DNA of 64,000 bases, from positions 6,657 to 70,656 of IMG/VR virus record IMGVR_UViG_3300037468_000262, one strand, 5' to 3'. This stretch comes from a virus. Shown in pieces: positions 18,388 through 28,592 of this stretch. The notes under the pieces were generated by a model. It had not been told where the DNA came from. It ran no database searches and was given only the letters and a program-made list of their open reading frames with translations. Made by a program: the position numbers and the translations under genes. Numbering within the stretch: position 1 is the stretch's first letter; every line of letters starts with the position of its first letter.

Positions 18388-18864
18388 ATGTCACAATCCC
18401 TTGACTCTCTCATTCAAGATTTCATCTCTTACCAAGAGCAATTCAGGAAAGCAGCTACGGAAAAACTTAAAGAATTCTTCGTAAAATTCTGGGAAGAGAA
18501 CCCTGCTATCAAAGCTGTAACTTGGGTCCAATACGCTCCTTACTTCAACGACGGAAACGCTTGTGAGTTTAGTGTAAATGACCCTTACTTCACGAATGCC
18601 GAAGGAAAAGACCTTGAAGAAATCGACTGTTGGGGTGGATACGAAGGGGGAAAAGAGGACATTTGGTCTGAGTGCTCGTTCTCAGGTCGATATGGCGGGG
18701 TTATCCCTGAAGGAGTAGACCCGGTCTCAACGAAATCTCTTTCTTCTCTTTTAACCTCGGAGGTGATGAAACCGATTATGGAGGAAACATTCGGGTCAGA
18801 CAACACTGTAATTGCAACACGAGAAGGGTTCCAGGTGGAGGATTACTCAGGGAGTCATGACTGA
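18388..18864 (+). CDS. Hypothetical protein (WxQYAPYFNDG motif)
   Basis: ORF; conserved-looking motif. Confidence 0.7.
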   Translation: MSQSLDSLIQDFISYQEQFRKAATEKLKEFFVKFWEENPAIKAVTWVQYAPYFNDGNACEFSVNDPYFTNAEGKDLEEIDCWGGYEGGKEDIWSECSFSGRYGGVIPEGVDPVSTKSLSSLLTSEVMKPIMEETFGSDNTVIATREGFQVEDYSGSHD

Positions 18865-18898
18865 GCTTGTCAAGAGATAGGCTCTAAGAAAAAAAGGG

Positions 18899-18970
18899 GG
18901 GCGGTTAACCGAACCGAAACGTTCGGTCTCCGCCCTTGTTTTCGCGGAGCGAAAACGCTATAGTAAGAGC
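18899..18970 (+). promoter_or_regulatory. Repeated promoter cassette copy 7 (TTGTTT-17-TATAGT)
   Basis: Spacer hairpin GTTTTCGC-GGA-GCGAAAAC; ATG 6 nt after the -10 box. Confidence 0.85.
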
Positions 18971-19576
18971 ATGGAACTCAAGTCTACCCTCTCCTCCTCG
19001 TTCTTTCGCCGGTTCTGCCCCGACCCTACGGTGATGTACGACCTCGGCGACCTCCACGCTGAGTTAAACGCTCGCTTCTTCAACGGTGAACTGCCTGTCC
19101 TTCCGTCCGACACTTACACGGACAAGAACGGCGAGACCCGCACCCGCTATGGCACCTTGAAGTGGGATGGCCGCATGGGACAGCGCACTCTGGGCACCTA
19201 CAAGGCGTCGAGCCGCCGTGGGAACGGAACCATTCGCCTCTCTCGTCGTATTGCTTCCGACCCTGTGAAGACCCGCAGTGTTCTCCTGCACGAGATGCTT
19301 CACAAATACCTCGACCTTAAGAGTATGGACGACGGTATTCTCGGCCACGGTGAGAACTTCGTGTCTGAAGCAAAGCGCATCAATGAAGCTTGCGAAAAGA
19401 GCGGCGTTGAGTATCGTATCCACTTCTATGACGAAGCGGTCACCCGGGACGAACCCTTTGTGATTTCTGATCTTACTAAGAAAGAGATTTACTGCGGTAA
19501 AGATCTAGATATAGCCAGAAACATGCAGGCGGTTGTGAGAGCCGCGTTTGACCAAAAGTTCGAATACTTCCAGTGA
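18971..19576 (+). CDS. SprT-like zinc metalloprotease
   Basis: N.RFF.G.L, LLHEMLH and GHG..F motifs. Confidence 0.8.
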   Translation: MELKSTLSSSFFRRFCPDPTVMYDLGDLHAELNARFFNGELPVLPSDTYTDKNGETRTRYGTLKWDGRMGQRTLGTYKASSRRGNGTIRLSRRIASDPVKTRSVLLHEMLHKYLDLKSMDDGILGHGENFVSEAKRINEACEKSGVEYRIHFYDEAVTRDEPFVISDLTKKEIYCGKDLDIARNMQAVVRAAFDQKFEYFQ

Positions 19577-19599
19577 GACCTTCGGGTCTCTTTTTATTT
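19575..19599 (+). terminator. Intrinsic terminator
   Basis: GAGACC-TTCG-GGTCTC followed by TTTTTATTT. Confidence 0.85.
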
Positions 19600-19615
19600 C
19601 ACTTGAGCACTTACA

Positions 19616-19978
19616 ATGAAACCTACAAAAGACCAGTTAAGCGAATGGACAGAGCACTACTTTTCGCCTGGAGCTGACCTTCTAACTATTCGAGAAACCA
19701 TTATGCCCAACTTAGTTCAAGACGTGGTAGAGTGGGTCACCGAAGAGATTGCACAGGAGTTTGACAGGAAAGAACGAGGAGGAGCGAAAGGTTACGGACT
19801 GAGTGTTCCAGCTAAGATAGTACGAGAGTTAGGAACCTCTGCTGGACCTACCTTAAAGGAAATGTGTCTCCGTGCTCTTGAGGACATGGTCCCTCCCGAA
19901 CAAAGAGAAGCAAGTTCTTACAAACTACTTAAAACTGTTCTGTCAAACATCCCTGAATCACCAACCAATACTAGATGA
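19616..19978 (+). CDS. Hypothetical protein
   Basis: ORF; PTLKE..L motif shared with 37942 and 40018. Confidence 0.6.
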   Translation: MKPTKDQLSEWTEHYFSPGADLLTIRETIMPNLVQDVVEWVTEEIAQEFDRKERGGAKGYGLSVPAKIVRELGTSAGPTLKEMCLRALEDMVPPEQREASSYKLLKTVLSNIPESPTNTR

Positions 19979-20023
19979 AGGGTGGGTGAGACACTGCCAT
20001 ACCAACCTACATAAGAAATTACT

Positions 20024-21505
20024 ATGGTAATAGAAAATGCAAGGCAGACCGCTGCGGCAGTCTGTGATAAAAATATCGAATGCGACAATAGCTGCTCGGT
20101 TAGTGAAACCGTTCTCTGTGACTTGCGTTCTCGCCCCGCCCCACGCAGGATCAACCTCGACGCACTTTACAAATGCGACCCGAAAGATTACATCGGCTAT
20201 TTTGCTGACGAAACTTCATACGACAATCTCATTCAAGAAGACTGCGACGTTTACGTTGCCGGAGTCAAAGTTGTCGCCTTCCGTAAGTCCCTGTTCCCGA
20301 AGCTGAAGGAAGGTTCCAAGGGCGATCCGAAGACTTGGGAATACTTTCGCTGGGCAGCTCGCGATCTTTACTCGGACCAGCGCGGTCTTGTTGCCGGTCG
20401 AGAACTTACCACGGATCTTGAAATCAGGGTCACGAACGGAATCGTGAACTTTCTTAAGAAGGCCATGGCTGGTCAAGTTACCGAAGTTGAAGAGGCTCTG
20501 AAAATTGTTAGCCTCTCCCCAGACCATGGTAAGCTCACGGTTAGAATCACAGAAGTCAAGAAAGACTACCCGGAAATTGCCAAAGCTCTTGAACCTATCG
20601 AGGCAGAACTTCGCAAGAAAGCAACAACCGAAGAAAGAAAAGTAGAGCTGAAGAAGGCGAAGGGAGAAGAACTTGCAAAGTGGTTCCCAACCTGGCTGTC
20701 GCAAACCTGGGCTGGTGCGAAGGATAAAGAGGCTGAAGCCAAGAGAGCTGATGACAGGTACATTAGCAAGCAGCTACGCTCAAACAAATGCTATTCTAAC
20801 GTTCTTGGGGCTTTCGATAGAGGGGCAAGAAACCCTTACGGTCGCTTGACCGCTACCACCCTTAAAAACTACGATGGTTTCGTGGGCCATACAGACATTT
20901 ATCAGACTGCGTGTGCAGCACTGAAGGAAACCCTGAACACCGAGGAAAACCCTCGCTGGGATCGCCTTCACAACCGATTCGGCAACGTGAAAGACCCGCA
21001 CTACAACCTTTTCGGTACGGTGTTTACCGCCCTGACACTAAACTGGAACTTCCGCTGTGCAATGCACTATGACGGGAACAATTGCGAAGGGGGTATTGCC
21101 GTTCTTACTGCAATGACTCAGGGCGAATACGACGGTCATTACCTGGTGTTCCCAGAAATCCGCTGCGCCTTTGACCTTCGTGACGGGGACTTCATTGCCG
21201 GTGACAACCAAGGTTTGATCCATGGTAACACAGCGATGATTCCGAAAACCTCTGACGCTGAACGGGTCTCTTTCGTTTTCTATTCTCGTGAGCGTATGAC
21301 CCTGCTTGATGATATGAAGTGCGAAGATTGCCGCCGCGATTTCATGAAGTACGCCGCTGAAAACTATACTCAGTACGGCAAGGGACACAAAACCTGGAAC
21401 GGCGTGTGGCAAGGAATGTGGAAGTCTTCAGAATGGATGAAATTCAAAGTATTTAATGGAGCGGAGCGTTGCTCAAACACCAACTACTGGGGAACTGAAA
21501 ATTAA
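20024..21505 (+). CDS. TET/JBP-like 2OG-Fe(II) dioxygenase (copy 1)
   Basis: FTALTLN.NF.CAMHYD, HGN and RVSFVFYSRE, the HxD…H…RxSxVxYxRE signature. Confidence 0.82.
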   Translation: MVIENARQTAAAVCDKNIECDNSCSVSETVLCDLRSRPAPRRINLDALYKCDPKDYIGYFADETSYDNLIQEDCDVYVAGVKVVAFRKSLFPKLKEGSKGDPKTWEYFRWAARDLYSDQRGLVAGRELTTDLEIRVTNGIVNFLKKAMAGQVTEVEEALKIVSLSPDHGKLTVRITEVKKDYPEIAKALEPIEAELRKKATTEERKVELKKAKGEELAKWFPTWLSQTWAGAKDKEAEAKRADDRYISKQLRSNKCYSNVLGAFDRGARNPYGRLTATTLKNYDGFVGHTDIYQTACAALKETLNTEENPRWDRLHNRFGNVKDPHYNLFGTVFTALTLNWNFRCAMHYDGNNCEGGIAVLTAMTQGEYDGHYLVFPEIRCAFDLRDGDFIAGDNQGLIHGNTAMIPKTSDAERVSFVFYSRERMTLLDDMKCEDCRRDFMKYAAENYTQYGKGHKTWNGVWQGMWKSSEWMKFKVFNGAERCSNTNYWGTEN

Positions 21506-21593
21506 CCTTTAAGATACCGGGAGGGGCGGAGTAAACGATGGTATACTCCGCTTTTATACAGCTACACTAGAACTGAAGTTTAATACGAGGAAC

Positions 21594-21896
21594 ATGTCAA
21601 GCTTTGATGACCTATTTGAAGCAACAGAATCTATATTGTCCGACTTGTCTAGAAATATGAACGACATACGGGATGAAACTGAAGGACTTGCAAGAGAATA
21701 TGAGGAACTGCTCACCTTATTGGGAGTTTCTGATCACAAGTCAGCGGTAGAAGCAATTCATAAGTTGAAATCTGACCCTTGCACTGCCTCGGCTACTGAA
21801 AAAATCAAGGTGATTTTTGCAGAGTCTATCTCAAAAGCCCTGGAAGCTGAGTTTTCTAAAGCCAAAACGTTCCGTGACATTGCAGGCTTAGCTTGA
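21594..21896 (+). CDS. Hypothetical coiled-coil protein
   Basis: SD GAGG; ORF. Confidence 0.6.
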   Translation: MSSFDDLFEATESILSDLSRNMNDIRDETEGLAREYEELLTLLGVSDHKSAVEAIHKLKSDPCTASATEKIKVIFAESISKALEAEFSKAKTFRDIAGLA

Positions 21897-21926
21897 ACTT
21901 TTCAAATCCTCTACCACACAACAAAT

Positions 21927-22226
21927 ATGACAACTGACAACCTAGAACAAGCCCCACAGCAAACACAATTTACTGAAGTCACGATTAATTTGCCGACAGA
22001 CTTTGCTGAGGCTTTGAACTCGCTGGCAGAACGAGAAGGGCTGACTGCAGATGCTTTGGTAATGCGATCGCTTGGCCTTTACTCCATGGCATCACAAGCC
22101 GAGAGTGGTGGCCACGGTCTAACGTTCACTCGTATCGAAGGTACCAACGATTTAACAGTTAAGGAGATGATTCGTATCGAAGATGAGCCCGAATCTAACT
22201 TGTTTATTCCAGGTAAGAGGAAATGA
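21927..22226 (+). CDS. Ribbon-helix-helix (CopG-like) protein
   Basis: VTINLP...L..LAEREGLT...LV.RSLGLY. Confidence 0.6.
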   Translation: MTTDNLEQAPQQTQFTEVTINLPTDFAEALNSLAEREGLTADALVMRSLGLYSMASQAESGGHGLTFTRIEGTNDLTVKEMIRIEDEPESNLFIPGKRK

Positions 22227-22444
22227 CTCGAGAAGCAATAGCGAAAGAATTGCGGGCTACTGATGAATTTCTTGGTGCTCTAGATGGCTTGGCATCGAAA
22301 GAAAACCTTTCTAGAGCTGATATTATTCGAAGGGGAGTTGGCCTTTATGCGCGCATGATCGTAGAGAAGGAGCAAGGGCGTTTTTTTGCTGTTGTTGCAG
22401 TAGAAAACGGGGGGTTAACCGTAAAAGAAGTCGTCCAGCCATAG
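22223..22444 (+). CDS. Ribbon-helix-helix (CopG-like) protein
   Basis: LDGLASKENLSRADIIRRGVGLY. Confidence 0.65.
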   Translation: MTREAIAKELRATDEFLGALDGLASKENLSRADIIRRGVGLYARMIVEKEQGRFFAVVAVENGGLTVKEVVQP

Positions 22445-22507
22445 AATTTTGATTAGGCCGTAGTCATTGCAGTCGCGTCCGTCCGTGCCAGCGCTCACGA
22501 GTCTTTC

Positions 22508-23686
22508 GTGGAATTTCGGCTAGGATCTCGTTTAACTAAGGGGCAAGTTGCCTTCTTCGCCGGTGCTTCTGTGGGTTTGATTACCACGCTTGCCCAAGCG
22601 CGAGAGGCCCTAGAAAGCTCGGATGAACTTACTAGCAAGACGCTCAAGATCAAGTACATAAAGAAAGACTATCCAGAACTCGCGGAAAGAATGAAACCCT
22701 TGGAGGCAGAAATTCGAACCCTAGGCGCTGACGACCCCAGACTAGAAAGTCTGAGAAACCAGAGAAGAGATCAACTTTGGAGCTGGTTTGAGCCTTGGTT
22801 GTTGGAAACCTGGTTGCCCTCAGAAAACAAAGTAGAAGAAGTTAAAAAGGTTCTAAGCACGTACATAAGTTCCCAGTTGAACTTTAACCACTGCTACAGT
22901 AACGTCCTTGGGGCGATTGACCGTGGGGCGAGATTTCCCTACGGTCGTTTGAGCGGAACCACTCAAAGGTACTACGAACAGTTCTCAAAGTACAGGGACA
23001 TTTATTACGAAGCTTGCGAAGGTTTCCGGCATACTTTCCCGGAAACATGGAGCAAAGTTAAGGAAGTAATTTCGAGGGTTAAAGATCCCAACTACAACTT
23101 GTTCGGCACTGCCTTTACGAGTGTGACTCTAAACTTCAATTTCAAGACTGCCTACCACGTTGACAAGAACAATTTGAAAGGAGGTCTGGCCGTCTTAACT
23201 GCTTTCACAAAGGGTGTTTATGAAGGCCACTACTTGGTGTTTCCCGAAGTGAGATTGGCCTTCAACTTAAGAGATGGGGACTTTATCGTAGGGGACACTC
23301 AAACCTTGCTTCATGGTAACAGCCCCATGACAAAACTTACTGAAGATGCTGAGCGGGTTTCTCTGGTTTTCTACTCACGAGAGAACATGACCCGATTGGA
23401 CGATCTTGAGTGCGAAGAATGCCGAAAACAGTTCATGAAGTTTTCACTTCAGACTCTGAAAGAACGAGGCAAAGATCACAAAGATTGGAGGGGCGTGTGG
23501 CAAGGAATGTGGACTTCTCAAGAATGGCTAGACTTTCGAAAAGAAAGAAACTTGGAATACTGTTCAAACTCCAATTGGCAGCTTTCCTCGCCGTACGAGA
23601 ACGAAGTTACGAAAGAGGTGAAGCTGTTCAAGGATGATCCCGGCGAAGGATGGAAACTCGTACAAGTGTTTACACAAGGTCGGTGA
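22508..23686 (+). CDS. TET/JBP-like dioxygenase (copy 2, N-terminally shorter)
   Basis: TAYHVD, HGN, RVSLVFYSRE; colinear with copy 1 from about residue 130. Confidence 0.8.
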   Translation: MEFRLGSRLTKGQVAFFAGASVGLITTLAQAREALESSDELTSKTLKIKYIKKDYPELAERMKPLEAEIRTLGADDPRLESLRNQRRDQLWSWFEPWLLETWLPSENKVEEVKKVLSTYISSQLNFNHCYSNVLGAIDRGARFPYGRLSGTTQRYYEQFSKYRDIYYEACEGFRHTFPETWSKVKEVISRVKDPNYNLFGTAFTSVTLNFNFKTAYHVDKNNLKGGLAVLTAFTKGVYEGHYLVFPEVRLAFNLRDGDFIVGDTQTLLHGNSPMTKLTEDAERVSLVFYSRENMTRLDDLECEECRKQFMKFSLQTLKERGKDHKDWRGVWQGMWTSQEWLDFRKERNLEYCSNSNWQLSSPYENEVTKEVKLFKDDPGEGWKLVQVFTQGR

Positions 23687-23749
23687 ACCGCCCGGAAGCC
23701 TTCGGCTTCTCCCCTTGTTTCTGCTTCGCATAAGCGCTAAACTTGATTT
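23681..23749 (+). promoter_or_regulatory. Repeated promoter cassette copy 8 (TTGTTT-17-TAAACT)
   Basis: CGGTGAACCG, GAAGCCTTCGGCTTC; ATG 6 nt after the -10 box. Confidence 0.8.
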
Positions 23750-23965
23750 ATGACCGAACCGACTGACAAAGCAATGACCCCTGACGAGCGTTATCTGAGC
23801 ATTGCTCAAGAAGTTTACCTGCATGCTGTTAAGACTTACAGTTCTTCTTATAATCTCCTGGATATTAATTCCACTCTATTACGAACAGAATTTGATGGCA
23901 TAGCGGCTATGGCAGACGAGGCAGCTGCTGCATTTAACGATCGCTTCTTGACCGGACACGAATAA
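23750..23965 (+). CDS. Hypothetical protein
   Basis: ATG at leaderless position. Confidence 0.65.
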   Translation: MTEPTDKAMTPDERYLSIAQEVYLHAVKTYSSSYNLLDINSTLLRTEFDGIAAMADEAAAAFNDRFLTGHE

Positions 23966-24550
23966 ATGGAAATCTACTTTAGCACAGACGTTGAAACTGA
24001 CGGGCCGATTCCTGGTCCCAACAGCATGCTCTCCCTGGGGTCAGCTGCGTTCTCCTCTTCAGGAAAGCTGCTAGCAACCTTCTCGGTGAACCTGGAGACC
24101 CTCCCCGGAGCCGAGGCGGACCCCTCTACCCAAGCGTGGTGGGAGGCCCACCCAGAGGCTTACAGAGCCTCCAGAGAAGGGACCCTACCCCCGGATCAAG
24201 CCATGCTTGCCTTTTCACAGTGGGTCACTGCTACGGTTAGTTCGTACACTCAAGCGACTGGTCGAAGAGTTTCTCCAGTATTCGTCGGGTTCCCTGCAGG
24301 TTTTGACTTCTTGTTCGTGTACTGGTACCTCATCAAATTCACAGGGCAGTCGCCATTCAGCTTCTCTGCTCTTGACGGTAAGACCTATGCCATGGCACTT
24401 CTTAAGAAAGGCTACCGGCAATCTACAAAAAGGAATTACCCAAAAGAATGGTTTCCTCTCAAGGACAAACACACCCACATTGCTCTGGAAGATGCAATTG
24501 AGCAGGGTCGTATTTTCTGCAACATGCTGGCCGCAAATGGACAATCTTGA
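23966..24550 (+). CDS. DEDDh 3'-5' exonuclease
   Basis: DVETDG, FD and H.ALEDA motifs. Confidence 0.85.
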   Translation: MEIYFSTDVETDGPIPGPNSMLSLGSAAFSSSGKLLATFSVNLETLPGAEADPSTQAWWEAHPEAYRASREGTLPPDQAMLAFSQWVTATVSSYTQATGRRVSPVFVGFPAGFDFLFVYWYLIKFTGQSPFSFSALDGKTYAMALLKKGYRQSTKRNYPKEWFPLKDKHTHIALEDAIEQGRIFCNMLAANGQS

Positions 24551-24887
24551 AATTTACAACCGTAAGCTCAAGCTCGTGGTAGAACTGAGGGAACAAGGCG
24601 AAGAAGAAGCTGAAGATAGCCTGCTGGAGGAGTTGGACGATCTCTGGCATACGTTGTACGAATCCGACCGGGCCCAGGCCCAGGCTTTCACCTATACTCT
24701 ACTTTACGGAACAAACTTCTTCAACCCTATGGGCACTCTTTCAGAAAAGATGATAGAATACTCTCAGAAAGTTAATGCGTCTTTTAAGGCGCGACTAGAG
24801 GGAGATATTCAGACCAGTGAGGCTCTGCTCAAAGAAGTCAAATCACTGTGGGAAGAATTAATCTCAGATGAGTTCCAAGAAGAATGA
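24537..24887 (+). CDS. Hypothetical protein ([10 protein letters not shown]...)
   Basis: Start moved to ATG 24537, overlapping the exonuclease 3' end. Confidence 0.6.
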   Translation: MDNLEIYNRKLKLVVELREQGEEEAEDSLLEELDDLWHTLYESDRAQAQAFTYTLLYGTNFFNPMGTLSEKMIEYSQKVNASFKARLEGDIQTSEALLKEVKSLWEELISDEFQEE

Positions 24888-24961
24888 TAGAGATTTTGGC
24901 CGCATTCATAGCCGTTGGTTTACTCATGTTTGTATTATCTGTCCTTTAACTCTTGGCCGCA

Positions 24962-25729
24962 ATGAAAGACCCAACCTTCCTTCTTCAATCCGGTGGCCCG
25001 CTACCAACCGAAAAAATTGCCTGCAGCTTCTCGTGTTACCCTATAAAGTATTGCTCTTTTACAGACATTGAGAAGTTGGACCCTAAGGAATCCTTGACTC
25101 GATTCGTTCCAGTCGGATCCGTAGAGTTCGTTAAAGCCTACAGCCAGCATATTGGAATTAGACTACCTGAGGACTTCTCCTACGGGATTTGCGATGGTCA
25201 ACTTGACCAGTTCCTAATGAGGCCTATCCGAAAAGGCACTTACGGCGAGGCAACTCTAACTGATTTCGTCAAGCCTATTGCAATTAAGATGTTTACAGGC
25301 AATGTTAAGGGTCACATTGAGCTAAGTTCAGCGTGCCCCTCCCCTTCTGAGGATACCCCCGTTTGGATTTCCCCAGCCGTACCATTTGGAGCTGAGTTCC
25401 GCTTCTACATTCACGATTTTATCAGGGGTGGTAAAATTCAAGGGTGGTCTCGATACGATGATTCAAACATGGAATGTCCGGAGCCTGACATCGGCCTGGT
25501 TGAAGCCGTAATGAAAGAGTTGGAAGAAAACATTGCTCCGGGTGCGTACACGGTGGACATCGGATGGAGACCCGACTTGGAACGCTATTGCTTGGTAGAA
25601 ATCAATGATGCGTGGGCGCTCGGTTTGTATGAAAACTCAGATTTCCAGTCGAACCCTCCAACCCGACAGCAGTACGCTGACATGTTGGTTTCCCGTTGGA
25701 GACAAATTCTTTTCTGTAGCTTGGTATAA
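24962..25729 (+). CDS. ATP-grasp (DUF4343/R2K-like) protein
   Basis: PVGSVEF, FVKP...K.FTG, EFR, Y.VDIG and LVEINDAWALG.Y motifs. Confidence 0.75.
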   Translation: MKDPTFLLQSGGPLPTEKIACSFSCYPIKYCSFTDIEKLDPKESLTRFVPVGSVEFVKAYSQHIGIRLPEDFSYGICDGQLDQFLMRPIRKGTYGEATLTDFVKPIAIKMFTGNVKGHIELSSACPSPSEDTPVWISPAVPFGAEFRFYIHDFIRGGKIQGWSRYDDSNMECPEPDIGLVEAVMKELEENIAPGAYTVDIGWRPDLERYCLVEINDAWALGLYENSDFQSNPPTRQQYADMLVSRWRQILFCSLV

Positions 25730-26388
25730 TGTGCGCCTTATTTGGATGTGACCTGGAAGAAGTCACTCAAGACAACATTCAAACAATACAACGCATCGCC
25801 CTTGAATCCCAGGTCAGGGGTAAACATGCAACAGGTATTTCCTACATTGGGAAAAACGGTCTTGAAACAATCACTGCGCCTGTTTGTGCACAGGAATTTC
25901 TGAACATCTATGACATAAATGATTGTGTCTCAGATGACTGTTTAACTTTGATTGGCCATTGCCGCTATTCTACCTCTGACATCAGGTACAATCAACCGCT
26001 AACGAACGGCTCTCTTGCCATCGCCCACAACGGTGTCATTGAGCAGTCGCCCCCTGAAACTTGGACAAAGTTTGGGTACGAACTTGAAACTACCAACGAT
26101 TCAGAACTTGTACTTCGCGCTATCGAAAATAAAGAACAACCCTTGAAAAAGTTTCCTGAAGCTTCTATGGCTGTATTAGAGCTGAGAGAGAATGGTTCCA
26201 TGCGCTATTATCGCAATGGAAAAAGACCTTTGTGGAAAAGTGAAGTCGAAAACGGTTTCTTCCTCACCTCAACGAAAGACATTGCCTTGAGGGCGGGATT
26301 GAAGAATCCAGTCCGCTGCCTTCCGGGTTTCCTTTACCAGGGCAAGGCTGCAACTAAAATAATTGAAGTTGAAGAGCTGATCGCATGA
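25729..26388 (+). CDS. Class II (Ntn) glutamine amidotransferase
   Basis: N-terminal MC, RG..ATG, GHCRYST, HNG and NDSE motifs. Confidence 0.85.
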   Translation: MCALFGCDLEEVTQDNIQTIQRIALESQVRGKHATGISYIGKNGLETITAPVCAQEFLNIYDINDCVSDDCLTLIGHCRYSTSDIRYNQPLTNGSLAIAHNGVIEQSPPETWTKFGYELETTNDSELVLRAIENKEQPLKKFPEASMAVLELRENGSMRYYRNGKRPLWKSEVENGFFLTSTKDIALRAGLKNPVRCLPGFLYQGKAATKIIEVEELIA

Positions 26389-27263
26389 CTTACGACCCTC
26401 GAAAGTTTACATACGGGTACGAAATTGAGTGGGGGGACATACCGAGAGATTTCAACATACCTGAGCACTTGGGAACTTGGGAACATGCGGAAACCGACAT
26501 CCTTAATTTGCACGGGGACTACGCTCTTAGAGCTGTAGATCCTTTGGGAACTGACCCACCCATGGGCGGTGAAATAAATACCAAGCCGACGCATACCTGG
26601 AAAGAGCAAGTTGAGAGAATCTTAGAAATTCGCGATATGTTCATCAACGTCGGACACACTCCGACTGCATCTTTGGTGAACCACGGTCACTTACATGTCT
26701 TCGTGCCAGGACTGAAGGAAGACTTGTCAAGCCTACGAAAACTGGTCTCTTACGTTCGAGATAACCAACAACTAACCGTTGAAAAGTGTTACGGCTACTA
26801 TGATGACCCGGACATGAAGGGGGCAGTCAGAGGAGCCAAGTCTTACCTGAAGCTCGATGGGGGTAGGTTAATGCCCCAGTACATGATCGACAACATATTA
26901 AACTTGTCCACGGACTTCAACCACTTGATTAAGTTGCACGCTGCAGGGAAAGACGGCGTGTCAATGGGACGACCGTTCAGATATGCAATAAACATCTACT
27001 GCATGAAACACACAGGTACTGTTGAGTTCCGTTGTTTCAGATCCAGCGTAAATCGCCGGGAGATCGAAGACCAGTTCCGCTTCGTAGAGGCATTCATTGA
27101 TGCCGCCCTTAACGACGGCCCACCTGTTGAGACTATTCTCAAAGAGAACAACTATCAGTTTCCTCCTTATGTCTGGAACAAGGAACACTGGAACGCTTGG
27201 GCGCTCACCAAGTGGGACAAGTCCAGGGGCAAAAAAGTCAGAAATTACTACGAGGTTCAATGA
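26385..27263 (+). CDS. Putative amidoligase (COOH-NH2 ligase, glutamine synthetase fold) 1
   Basis: TYGYEIE, GGEINT.P, HLHV and TVEFR motifs. Confidence 0.75.
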   Translation: MTYDPRKFTYGYEIEWGDIPRDFNIPEHLGTWEHAETDILNLHGDYALRAVDPLGTDPPMGGEINTKPTHTWKEQVERILEIRDMFINVGHTPTASLVNHGHLHVFVPGLKEDLSSLRKLVSYVRDNQQLTVEKCYGYYDDPDMKGAVRGAKSYLKLDGGRLMPQYMIDNILNLSTDFNHLIKLHAAGKDGVSMGRPFRYAINIYCMKHTGTVEFRCFRSSVNRREIEDQFRFVEAFIDAALNDGPPVETILKENNYQFPPYVWNKEHWNAWALTKWDKSRGKKVRNYYEVQ

Positions 27264-28210
27264 TTGAGGCTACTTTCGGAGCTGAATATGAACTCGGAGA
27301 CGTTAACCGCTTGCTGGAACTACCTGCTGGGGCAAATTGGAACTTTAAAGATCACAGCATTGCCAATTCTACGGGTATCGCAAATGATGAAAAAGCCAAG
27401 TTGTACACCATTGGTGGTGAGATAAACTCTGACCCAACCAGTACAATCGAAGGGCAGTTGAGAATATGGGAATCTATAAGGGATTCCCAAAGTCAGATTC
27501 ACATTAATCACAGGACCAATTTACACTTGCACATTCATGTGCCAGGGTTGAGAGAAGACCTTGATCCGTTGAAGCGTCTAATGCAATACGTTCAAGAACA
27601 ACAAGACAGGGTCTATCACTTGATTGAACCCCTGAATCCACCCGAGAAAGTAAATTACAAAACAGCAGCATCTTTTAAGGGTGCTATGGATCGTTACAAG
27701 CGTCGTTTAGTCAGCCACCAAAACAGACTCAGGCCTGCGCAGGTTAAGTCTTGTATGGAAGCAGTGACTGCTGAAGAGTTTATCAACGGTCACGCACCGA
27801 AAAACAAGAAGGGTGAACCCTTGTGGGCCTTGGCAATTAGAGGTGGAATTAATATATCACAACTTCGCGAAACCAATACAATCGAATTCCGACATTTCAC
27901 TCCCACTGTAGACATCGAAGAGCTAGAGTGTTGCTTCTCATGGATCCATGAATTTATGAACGCAGCATTGGTTACAGGTGAATCTGTCGATAGCATCTAC
28001 TCAAGAAAGCCCTGGAAGTTCCCACCGTTCGCTGCCTACGACCACGACATTGATGTGGTCTTTCGTTGGACAGACTTGGAGAAGAACAAACGTTCCGAAG
28101 TGAAACAACGTCTTGATCGTTTGACCGAACACTTTGATATTTATTCCCAACCGGCGAGGGATATGTCAGAATTTGTCAGCTTAGAAAGTGGTGGAAAATT
28201 AGCTCTTTAA
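27260..28210 (+). CDS. Putative amidoligase 2 (paralog)
   Basis: TFGAEYE, GGEINS.P, HLHIHV and TIEFR motifs; start moved to ATG 27260. Confidence 0.75.
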   Translation: MIEATFGAEYELGDVNRLLELPAGANWNFKDHSIANSTGIANDEKAKLYTIGGEINSDPTSTIEGQLRIWESIRDSQSQIHINHRTNLHLHIHVPGLREDLDPLKRLMQYVQEQQDRVYHLIEPLNPPEKVNYKTAASFKGAMDRYKRRLVSHQNRLRPAQVKSCMEAVTAEEFINGHAPKNKKGEPLWALAIRGGINISQLRETNTIEFRHFTPTVDIEELECCFSWIHEFMNAALVTGESVDSIYSRKPWKFPPFAAYDHDIDVVFRWTDLEKNKRSEVKQRLDRLTEHFDIYSQPARDMSEFVSLESGGKLAL

Positions 28211-28592
28211 TCTGCTGGGCTACTGCGCGATGCACTTCTTCACCCTTGTGCCTGAACGGATCTTCAACGTTCCAGTTTCGAACCTTCAAGGGATCAACAA
28301 AGAAGTTCTTATTTATGCGGTCTACATGCAAATGAGACATGCAAATGACTTGATCAGCCCAGTCCAACAATTCTTGGGAGTAAGGTTGTGCGATGTGTTG
28401 CTCACCACTGTAACCCATCTCTGCCAAAACCCGTCTCATTTTAGGAGCCATTCTTGAGTGGTCCACGGCTTGTTTTGAAGTCCCACACGAATCTACTTTG
28501 TACAAACCCGTATTATGAAAACTAAGGATAACATGAGCAGCAGCGCTTCTATTTATATTACCGGTGCAACAAAACAAAACATTAGAGACCAT
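28176..28592 (-). CDS. Low-molecular-weight protein tyrosine phosphatase / ArsC-fold protein
   Basis: VLFCCTGNINRS (CX5R), DSCGT, D.VICM and EDPF motifs. Confidence 0.85.
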   Translation of the reverse strand: MVSNVLFCCTGNINRSAAAHVILSFHNTGLYKVDSCGTSKQAVDHSRMAPKMRRVLAEMGYSGEQHIAQPYSQELLDWADQVICMSHLHVDRINKNFFVDPLKVRNWNVEDPFRHKGEEVHRAVAQQIKELIFHHFLS

